Positions 57,305 to 64,000 of a DNA stretch of 64,000 nucleotides are shown here, piece after piece. The notes beneath the pieces are model-generated. The model did no database searches, was not told the origin of the DNA, and saw only the letters and a list, made by a program, of their open reading frames with translations. Source of the DNA: an uncultured Candidatus Saccharibacteria bacterium (GTDB lineage Bacteria > Patescibacteriota > Minisyncoccia > Phycocordibacterales > UBA918); assembly GCA_964399295.1 (NCBI GenBank), contig CAYNQD010000001.1:527672-591671 (forward strand), read 5' to 3'. Every line of letters begins with the position of its first letter. The stretch's first letter is position 1. Position numbers and translations under genes: made by a program.

Positions 57305-57363
57305 GGAGGGAGAAAATTAAAGAGGCGTGCCCAAAGGGCACGCCTCTTTAATTTTCTCCCTCC
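57305..57363. repeat. Perfect 28-bp-stem inverted repeat (hairpin) between secY and gmk
   Basis: GGAGGGAGAAAATTAAAGAGGCGTGCCC-aaa-GGGCACGCCTCTTTAATTTTCTCCCTCC has arms that are exactly reverse-complementary. No U-run follows on the secY transcript strand. Confidence 0.85.
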
Positions 57364-57371
57364 TTTACCTT

Positions 57372-58643
57372 CTAATACTCCCGCATCGACACCTGCGCGT
57401 CCAAACGACGAATCAAGTCTAGTACCACCTGTACCACGATCAAGACCGCTGTTCCGCCCATGGCTAAAGCCGCGATACCGGTAACCGCCTGCATACCAAT
57501 CGGAATCACCGCCACTATACCCAAGAAAGTAGCGCCAACCAGAGTAAGTCTGGTAATCAAACCACCTAAATATTCAGAAGTCTGTGTTCCCGGACGAATA
57601 CCCGGAATATACGAACCATTACGCTGCAGATTTTTGGCGACGGAATCCGGATCGAAAGTAATTGCTGTATAAAAGAAAGTAAACAGAAATACCAAGACAA
57701 AATACACTCCTCCGTATACCCATTGATTCGCCAGAATGGCGGTCACGGTTTCGTTTGCTCCAGCTACCCAAGGCAGATTGAAAGCCGATAGAATATTCAA
57801 CACCATCTGTGGCAACAATAGAATCGACAGCGCAAAGATGATCGGAATTACACCAGCCTGATTGATGCGCAGCGGCAGGTATGAAGAGCTGCCACCGTAA
57901 GTCATTCCGCCTCGACTTTGCTTGGCTGAGGTTATTGGCACCGGACGTTCAGCTTCAGTCATCAGCACCACCGCGTAAATAATGAGCAAGGCCACAATCA
58001 CAAATCCAACATAAAGCGGGAGTTGTGATGGGTCAAATGAAAACGCCAATTGACTCACGGTTGAAGGTAGCGTTGCCACGATACCGGCAAAGATGATGAT
58101 TGACACACCGTTTCCAATACCATATTCAGTTATGAGTTCACCAATCCACATCAAAAGCACCGAACCAGCTACAATCAAAACGACGTTAACAGCAAAGTCA
58201 AAAGTGGATAGCCCTACAATCACGCCTTGGCTTTGCAAAAGAGTCAAAAAACCAAACCCTTGCAAAATCGCCAAAGGCAAAGTCAAAAGCCGACTGTATT
58301 GAGTAAATTTAGCCCTTCCAGCCTCACCTTCTTCAGTGTACAAGCTCTTGACCTTCGGTGACATCACCGTCATAAGCTGCATGATAATGGAAGCGGTAAT
58401 GAAAGGCCCAACACCCAACATCACGATTGAGAGATTGGCCAAGCCGCCTCCGGAAAAGATATTCAAGAGACCGAGAAATTGATTGTCTGAGAAGAACTGT
58501 TGTAGCACAGCCTGATCAACTCCAGGAATTGGAATTGAAGCCAAGAGTCTAAAAACTACCAAAGCCCCCAAGATAATCAAAACTCGATTACGGATGGACG
58601 GTTCGGTAAAAATTAGAGTGAGCTTACGAAAAAATGTTTGCAT
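57372..58643 (-). CDS. secY: Preprotein translocase subunit SecY
   Basis: 423 aa with 10 TM helices and a conserved SecY N-terminus and plug region. Confidence 0.9.
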   Translation of the reverse strand: MQTFFRKLTLIFTEPSIRNRVLIILGALVVFRLLASIPIPGVDQAVLQQFFSDNQFLGLLNIFSGGGLANLSIVMLGVGPFITASIIMQLMTVMSPKVKSLYTEEGEAGRAKFTQYSRLLTLPLAILQGFGFLTLLQSQGVIVGLSTFDFAVNVVLIVAGSVLLMWIGELITEYGIGNGVSIIIFAGIVATLPSTVSQLAFSFDPSQLPLYVGFVIVALLIIYAVVLMTEAERPVPITSAKQSRGGMTYGGSSSYLPLRINQAGVIPIIFALSILLLPQMVLNILSAFNLPWVAGANETVTAILANQWVYGGVYFVLVFLFTFFYTAITFDPDSVAKNLQRNGSYIPGIRPGTQTSEYLGGLITRLTLVGATFLGIVAVIPIGMQAVTGIAALAMGGTAVLIVVQVVLDLIRRLDAQVSMREY

Positions 58644-58655
58644 ACCCTATATTAC

Positions 58656-59108
58656 CTATTTTGTAACAACTCCACCAGCTTTTTCAAGCTTTTCCTGGGC
58701 CGACTTTGATACCTGACAATTCTCAATCGTTAATTTCTTGGTTATTTCTCCATTTCCTAAAACCTTCACACTTGGAGCCTTTTTGCCCACGGCAGAAATT
58801 ACTTTTTTGGCTACCAAAGTCTTTGGTGAAACCACCTCTCCGGCTGAGAAGATGGTTTCGAGTTTGGACAGATTTACCACTACCACTACCTCTTTCTCGC
58901 TATTTACGGTACGAGCGCGATTCTTTCCGTGTCCGCGCAATTTAGGAAGTTTCTTAATCTGATCGCGCATTTCCGGACGCATACTGTTTCCAGCTCTGGC
59001 AGTCTGTCCTTTACCGCCACGACCTGAGGTCTTGCCTCGTTTTCCGCCGCGACCAATGCGCTTGGTTTCTTTGCGCGGTGAAGTTGGTTTTAATTCATGT
59101 AGCTGCAT
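58656..59108 (-). CDS. rplO: 50S ribosomal protein L15
   Basis: The Gly/Arg-rich N-terminus RIGRGGKRGKTSGRGGKGQ is typical of L15. Confidence 0.85.
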   Translation of the reverse strand: MQLHELKPTSPRKETKRIGRGGKRGKTSGRGGKGQTARAGNSMRPEMRDQIKKLPKLRGHGKNRARTVNSEKEVVVVVNLSKLETIFSAGEVVSPKTLVAKKVISAVGKKAPSVKVLGNGEITKKLTIENCQVSKSAQEKLEKAGGVVTK

Positions 59109-59109
59109 A

Positions 59110-59760
59110 CTAATTTTTTCTTAGAAGTTTAAGTGCTTCGACAGCGGCACGGGCGTTGTTAAGCTTGTTCTTGCTGCGTGAAAATATCTTCGCGGTTACG
59201 TCTTTTACACCAGCGTGTTCTAGCACGGTACGGACTGAAGACCCCGCCACGAGTCCCCGACCAGGAGCCGGCATAATCATGACTTCACTGGAAGCATATT
59301 TGGTATGAACATCGTGAGGAATATGACTGTCTTTGTTTATAGTGACAATAATCATATTCTTCTTAGCGTCACGCACAGCCTTTTCAATGGCCATTTGCGT
59401 GTCGCCAGCCTTACCGATACCAACTCCCACTCGACCTTTCTTGTCACCAATAACTATCGCCACCGAAAAACTGAAACGACGACCTCCAGCCATCACGCGA
59501 GTCACGCGACGAATGCTGATAATTTTTTGATCAAATTCCGGACGAACCCGCTCTGGGCGGCCACCGCGTCGTGGTCGTCGTTGATTTCTTCGATCTCCTC
59601 CCCCCTGACCTCTGCGACTATGCCCGCCGCGTTCACTGGAAACGGCTTCAGTTTTTGTCTCTGATTCTGGCACAGCTGGTGCATCGGTTGAAGCCACTAT
59701 GGCTTCAGTTTCTGATGTTACGTCATCAGTTGTAGCTTCCGGCTGTTTTGTTTCTGACAT
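59110..59760 (-). CDS. rpsE: 30S ribosomal protein S5, with an acidic/Arg-rich N-terminal extension
   Basis: RRVTRVMAGGRRFSFSVAIVIGDKKGRVGVGIGKAGD...VMIMPAPGRGLVAG matches S5. Its stop is 1 bp from the rplO start, so no L30 gene lies between them. Confidence 0.85.
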   Translation of the reverse strand: MSETKQPEATTDDVTSETEAIVASTDAPAVPESETKTEAVSSERGGHSRRGQGGGDRRNQRRPRRGGRPERVRPEFDQKIISIRRVTRVMAGGRRFSFSVAIVIGDKKGRVGVGIGKAGDTQMAIEKAVRDAKKNMIIVTINKDSHIPHDVHTKYASSEVMIMPAPGRGLVAGSSVRTVLEHAGVKDVTAKIFSRSKNKLNNARAAVEALKLLRKN

Positions 59761-59793
59761 TGTTATTTTCTTACACTTCTTATAAACCTCTCC

Positions 59794-60144
59794 TTAAAAT
59801 ACCAATCCCCCGCCACGTGCGCTTTCAGCAAGCGACGCGACAGTTCCTTGATAACGAAAACCTCCGCGGTCAAAGACCACTTTCTCTACTCCCAGCGCCT
59901 TAGCCTTCTTGGCGATATCAACACCAACCGTGCCGGCGCGTTCAGTCAAAGTCTTGCCCTCGGCCTTTCTGGAATCAGCAGCGGCTAAAGTCTTGCCCGC
60001 CACGTCGTCTATCAATTGCGCGTAGATGAATTGATTGCTTCTAAAGACCGCCAAACGCGGACGCTCAGCCGTTCCAGACACCTTAGCTCGAATTCGATTG
60101 TGACGAGAAACTCGCTTCTTATTTTTATACTGTGTTTTTTCCAT
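59794..60144 (-). CDS. rplR: 50S ribosomal protein L18
   Basis: [34 protein letters not shown] matches L18. Confidence 0.85.
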   Translation of the reverse strand: MEKTQYKNKKRVSRHNRIRAKVSGTAERPRLAVFRSNQFIYAQLIDDVAGKTLAAADSRKAEGKTLTERAGTVGVDIAKKAKALGVEKVVFDRGGFRYQGTVASLAESARGGGLVF

Positions 60145-60165
60145 AGCTCAAATAGAATTACGGGC

Positions 60166-60696
60166 TTACGCAGCCTTTTTACCTTGTTTGCGAATAATAA
60201 ACTCTCCTCGATATCGAATTCCCTTACCTTTGTACGGTTCCGGTTTTCGGACTTTGCGCACATTAGCCGCAAACTGTCCGAGCAAATCCTTGTCCGCTCC
60301 AGTCAAGGTAATCGCGCTCTTTTCCACCACCGCTGAAATTCCTTCCGGAATATCAAGTGGCACCGGATGCGAATAACCCATGTTGAGCACCAGCGCATTG
60401 CCTTTTACCTCAGCCTTATAACCAACTCCTTCAATATCAAGAATCTTGGTAAAGCCTTCGGTTACGCCTTTTATCATGTTGCGCACATGTGAGGCGTAGG
60501 TTCCCCACAAAGCCGGGGCGTTTGGAGTTTTTTCTGGAGACAGAGTCAAAATATTACCTTCAATTTTGAAAGTCACGTCTGATCTTACTTCTCTTTTAAG
60601 AATACCTTTTGTTCCGGTTACCGTTAGTAATCCATCATCACAGGTTACTGTGACACCGGCAGGGATGGTTACTGGTTGTTTTCCTAATCGACTCAT
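60166..60696 (-). CDS. rplF: 50S ribosomal protein L6
   Basis: MSRLGKQPVTIPAGVTVT... has the two-domain L6 fold. Confidence 0.9.
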   Translation of the reverse strand: MSRLGKQPVTIPAGVTVTCDDGLLTVTGTKGILKREVRSDVTFKIEGNILTLSPEKTPNAPALWGTYASHVRNMIKGVTEGFTKILDIEGVGYKAEVKGNALVLNMGYSHPVPLDIPEGISAVVEKSAITLTGADKDLLGQFAANVRKVRKPEPYKGKGIRYRGEFIIRKQGKKAA

Positions 60697-60699
60697 ATC

Positions 60700-61092
60700 T
60701 TACCAAATAATAAAGAGCTGTTCTCCGCCCACGTTTTGCGCTCGGGCTTCCTCGTTGGTGAGAATACCGGCTGGCGTAGAAAGAAGCATATGCCCTTTAC
60801 CAAATTTTACTTTGTGAATATTTGCGACCTTTGTGTACAAGCGGCGACCTGGCTTTGAGATACGCTTGACACCATCAATGCGGTGCCGTCCGTCCTCATA
60901 CTTTAGAGTTACCACTAGTGACTTCTGTATTTTTTTTCCTTGCGGTTCGGCTTTTTCTATATAGCCAGACGCGACCAACTTATCTGCAATAGCATGACGA
61001 AGCTTGGAATAAGGCATTTCTACCTCTTTCTTTCCCACGGCTCCGGCATTTTTCAAGCGGATAATCATGTCGCCAATAATGTCTCCTACCAT
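60700..61092 (-). CDS. rpsH: 30S ribosomal protein S8
   Basis: [16 protein letters not shown]...LSTPAGILT matches S8. Confidence 0.9.
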   Translation of the reverse strand: MVGDIIGDMIIRLKNAGAVGKKEVEMPYSKLRHAIADKLVASGYIEKAEPQGKKIQKSLVVTLKYEDGRHRIDGVKRISKPGRRLYTKVANIHKVKFGKGHMLLSTPAGILTNEEARAQNVGGEQLFIIW

Positions 61093-61271
61093 GATGATTT
61101 CTTTATTCCTGGTATATGTCCCTCATGTGCCATCTCGCGAAAACAGATTCGGCAGGCATCGAAGTCCCGCATGTATCCGTGTTTGCGACCGCACAGCTTG
61201 CAGCGTCTCACGACTCTGGAAGCAAATTTTGGTTCGCGCGAAGCGCGAACCTTCACTGAAATTTTCGCCAC
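61086..61271 (-). CDS. rpsZ: 30S ribosomal protein S14 type Z (zinc-binding)
   Basis: 61 aa with a [23 protein letters not shown] zinc-ribbon. It overlaps rpsH by 7 nt. Confidence 0.85.
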   Translation of the reverse strand: MAKISVKVRASREPKFASRVVRRCKLCGRKHGYMRDFDACRICFREMAHEGHIPGIKKSSW

Positions 61272-61607
61272 TTTATTATTGCTGTTTATGGGATAGTATC
61301 ACGTAGTCTTTCGTGACTTACCCCCTGATAATCGCCCAAGCTCAGCTCCCGGACAGAATTGACAAAAGCGAACTTTGCGCCAAATCTGTACCAAAAGTGA
61401 GCCTAAGCAGCGCGGAATTGGATTTTCCAAAGAGATTACCCAAAACCCCCGCCTTGCCCGCAAGAGTACAGAAATTTTAAGATAAAGTCAATGTTTTGTC
61501 CCTGCCAGCTCTTGACATAGAGTTATATATATACTAGTCTTAAAAGAGGTTCGGGGATTGAAAATCAATTTCACTCCCCTATTTTTGTGTTTTTTGGAGA
61601 AATAAAA

Positions 61608-62018
61608 ATGAAAAAAGTTATTTTTATAGCAATCACGGTTATTATTTTTCACTCACCAGCAACCTATGCTGCTGAGTGGAGCAATACTCGAGAAGAAGGT
61701 GTGTCTATACACACCCATAAATACGAAAACTCTGCCGGCTGGTGCAGAGTTAGACACAATCTAAAAGAACACACGATAGAGATCTTGGTTCGAGATAACA
61801 ATCTCAACCTGAATCAACATATAGTCATACAAAAAAACACATGGGTTCAGAGAAAACACATGTGGATTACAAAAACCTCCAAAACATGGAGAGGTGACCG
61901 TTTAGACAGTAGAACAGAGGGCCCGGTAGACTTGTTCTACCTGGCCTGTAGAGAGCCAGCAAAAAACCTCCCCAAAGAGGTCAGATCCCTTTTTGGAGGG
62001 CACTGGGGCATCAAATGA
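61608..62018 (+). CDS. Secreted hypothetical protein
   Basis: A GGAG SD is followed by MKKVIFIAITVIIFHSPATYA (signal peptide). It is 136 aa. Confidence 0.45.
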   Translation: MKKVIFIAITVIIFHSPATYAAEWSNTREEGVSIHTHKYENSAGWCRVRHNLKEHTIEILVRDNNLNLNQHIVIQKNTWVQRKHMWITKTSKTWRGDRLDSRTEGPVDLFYLACREPAKNLPKEVRSLFGGHWGIK

Positions 62019-62067
62019 AAAAGGTGTGGGATTTATCAAAATCCCACACCTTTATTTTTTTATTCAG
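62019..62067. terminator. Bidirectional rho-independent terminator
   Basis: AAAGGTGTGGGAT-ttatcaaa-ATCCCACACCTTT is followed by TATTTTTTTATT. It lies between the convergent genes 61608..62018 (+) and 62074..62622 (-). Confidence 0.7.
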
Positions 62068-62073
62068 GTTCTT

Positions 62074-62622
62074 TTACCGATAAAAATCAGGTTCCTCGTA
62101 ATAGTATGACTGCTCAATTCCTTTCATAAATACGTTGCGGTCGTCTACATTTTTCGTGAGGGCGTGGCGTAAAAGTTCTCGAATTTCGAGCGCGTTTACC
62201 GGACTGCGCTCCATGGCATTCATATAATCCATTTTATCTATCTTCTCCCAGTCAATACACTGTTGTAAGTTCTTCTTTAGAATTAAATCCAGCCAAATAC
62301 GCATACTACGACCATTACCCTCCATAAAGGGGTGGGCGACATTCATTTCTACATATTTTGCCACAATGTCTTCAAACGTGTATTCCGGAAGGGTGTCAAT
62401 TGCCGCCAAACTTTCAACGAGATACAGATGCGACGCAAAACGGAACCCACCCTTGCTGATATCTTTTGAACGGATACTGCCGGCAAAATCATACAGCTCT
62501 TCAAACAAGTATTGGTGTATTTGTTGCAAACCACGCGTAGTACCCACTTCAAACGTAGCGAGTTCGTGGCTATCGAAAAGCTTAAGAGCACGCTCCTTGC
62601 TCTGTTCATCAAGATTTTTCAC
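62074..62622 (-). CDS. Fic/Doc-family protein (putative AMPylase/toxin)
   Basis: [15 protein letters not shown] is the Fic motif HPFx(D/E)GNGR. Confidence 0.75.
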   Translation of the reverse strand: MKNLDEQSKERALKLFDSHELATFEVGTTRGLQQIHQYLFEELYDFAGSIRSKDISKGGFRFASHLYLVESLAAIDTLPEYTFEDIVAKYVEMNVAHPFMEGNGRSMRIWLDLILKKNLQQCIDWEKIDKMDYMNAMERSPVNALEIRELLRHALTKNVDDRNVFMKGIEQSYYYEEPDFYR

Positions 62623-62734
62623 CCTCTGATTATAACACGATTTCCGTCATATTTTGGACTCAATTCACCCACCCAAACAAACAGTCCCAAATCTAAATGG
62701 GGCTGTTTGCTGATATTTTTGTGTTCTTAATTAC

Positions 62735-64000
62735 CTACTCCGTCGCCATCAAACCATGCGCCTTAGCCCTTGAGTAACCGGCAAAGATACCGGTGCCTTG
62801 CTGTGCATTTATCGGTACGAGGATGTCTGTGGAATATTGCTCTTGGAAGCGGATGACTGAGGTACGGGTACGGTCGACGAAGTAGCTGGTTTCTTCACCA
62901 GGCGCTCCTGGGCCACTGGTTGCTAGTTGGAAGCCGGCGCAGTTGAGGAAGCGTTGGAGAGCGCGGACGTCTTCGCCTTGGTCGCCGAAGCGGAGATCGT
63001 GGGTGAAGGTGTATCTTGGGCAGAGACCGGGAGTGGTTGAAGTACCAGCGGTAGTACCGGTGCCGGTTCCGATCAAGGCCTTCATTTCAGCGGTTGGGGT
63101 TCCTCCCATAGAAATAAACTGTGTGATAAGAGTCTTGAGCTGAGATAATAAGGTGGTGGTATCGGTACTGATTGTTGGGGTAGTAGCTTCGGTACGAGGT
63201 GAACAGAAGGTGGTGACGGTGTCGGTGCAGTATGTGCGACCACTACCACCAGAAGATGAACTCCCACTACCACCCGAACTAGTGCCTCCACCACCACTGC
63301 CGGCGGTGGTAAAGTTCCAGAAGGATTTGTTTCCCAAGGTATCTGAGGTAGATTCATCATCAGCATAGGCAAAGGCTTCATCTAATTCGATGTAGTATCT
63401 GGTACTTGGCTTCAGAAGTTCTGAAGGAAGGTGGAGAGTGACGGTAAGTCCTCCGTTTGAGATGGTAATACTTTCGTCCTCATCACCTGCCCAGAATTCA
63501 TACACTTCTTCTTCCTCGTTATATAACTTTAGGTAAGCGGTAGCTGATTCGTGGAGGGATACGGCTTTGTTGAAGGTAAGGGTGAAGTTGGTGGTGTTTG
63601 CTGGTACGTTGGTGGAACCGGCGGTTGGGGTGAGGGTGGTTATTTCTAGGGGGTCGCCGTTAGTATAAGGAAGGAGTTCAAAGACGTGTTCGCCGTTTGG
63701 ATATTCATCAAAGAGCCAGTTGGTAACAAAACCTTCCGCCCATTCTTCGAGCGTGGTGGCGTTGTAGTCTCCAAAGACGATGTCGATATCTTGTATTGGC
63801 GTAATCGTGTAATAACCACTTGCGCTAAAGTGAATGCCAAAGAAGCTCTCTCCGTCATCAGCACAGCCCCTGGTTTCGAGGCTGGCAAGGAAATCTGCGA
63901 AGCTAAGGGTAAATACTCCGTTTGAGTCAGTGGTGGCGACTATAGTGCCGTGATTAACGTTGTCACAGGACACATCCATAATAACTTCAGCGCCAGCGAT
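62735..64000 (-). CDS. Cell-surface protein with Ig-like/SbsA-type repeats, a Gly/Ser/Thr linker and a C-terminal peptidoglycan-binding domain (the N-terminus extends beyond the window)
   Basis: The C-terminus GDQGEDVRALQRFLNCAGF...VDRTRTSVIRFQEQY matches PG_binding_1. A low-complexity GSGGGGTSSGGSGSSSSGG linker is present. The frame is open to the window end. Confidence 0.6.
   Translation of the reverse strand: MAGAEVIMDVSCDNVNHGTIVATTDSNGVFTLSFADFLASLETRGCADDGESFFGIHFSASGYYTITPIQDIDIVFGDYNATTLEEWAEGFVTNWLFDEYPNGEHVFELLPYTNGDPLEITTLTPTAGSTNVPANTTNFTLTFNKAVSLHESATAYLKLYNEEEEVYEFWAGDEDESITISNGGLTVTLHLPSELLKPSTRYYIELDEAFAYADDESTSDTLGNKSFWNFTTAGSGGGGTSSGGSGSSSSGGSGRTYCTDTVTTFCSPRTEATTPTISTDTTTLLSQLKTLITQFISMGGTPTAEMKALIGTGTGTTAGTSTTPGLCPRYTFTHDLRFGDQGEDVRALQRFLNCAGFQLATSGPGAPGEETSYFVDRTRTSVIRFQEQYSTDILVPINAQQGTGIFAGYSRAKAHGLMATE

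Noticed and set aside
61500-61607. A sigma70 promoter (TTGACA ... TATACT) upstream of the secreted-protein gene at 61608
   Set aside because: The best -10 candidate is only 12 nt from the -35 hexamer, so the spacing is wrong.

Overview
The window looks like a fragment of a low-GC (about 40%) chromosome from a small-genome, CPR/Patescibacteria-like bacterium. The evidence for that: a pilM fragment, infC-rpmI-rplT, and a ribosomal spc/secY cluster that has no L30 gene between S5 and L15, has gmk inserted between secY and adk, and has no L5/L24/L14 upstream of rpsZ. The core-gene backbone carries recG, ftsH, smpB plus tmRNA, ackA, ndk, map, adk, secY, a MacAB-like ABC efflux set and a two-component pair. 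It is interrupted by two accessory regions.

(1) A roughly 19 kb genomic island starts directly 3' of a tRNA-Ser(GCU) gene (1281-1370) and carries a large serine recombinase. Its centrepiece is a tightly packed plus-strand operon of six genes (6167-14442, intergenic gaps of 3-8 bp or overlaps): a Type IIG restriction-modification enzyme, a MotB/ZorB-like protein, a MotA/ZorA-like protein with a long coiled-coil tail, an HNH endonuclease (this MotB/MotA/HNH trio is a Zorya type II-like module, but with B-A order inverted), a Cas4/RecB-like nuclease fused to a DnaQ-like exonuclease, and an Mrr-like endonuclease. The island also holds a Shedu-like PD-(D/E)xK nuclease, a HEPN-motif protein, tandem phage-type DNA methyltransferases (one fused to a ParB-like domain), and a strikingly GC-rich (about 60%) horizontally acquired gene at the island's distal edge.

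(2) A small locus at 50.0-53.4 kb contains an orphan CRISPR mini-array of three spacers. Its 36-nt repeats are, on the minus strand, a perfect Cas12a (type V-A) style repeat ending in AAUUUCUACUUUUGUAGAU. No cas gene is in the window. A solitary near-identical repeat lies 2.8 kb away inside a partially duplicated and deleted copy of the same small-gene cassette. That copy is flanked by 56-bp direct repeats that duplicate the dedA promoter and start.

Other notable items: a tRNA with a UAU anticodon (an AUA-decoding tRNA-Ile), a frameshifted P-loop kinase remnant, a perfect 28-bp-stem hairpin between secY and gmk, and several well-formed bidirectional rho-independent terminators.
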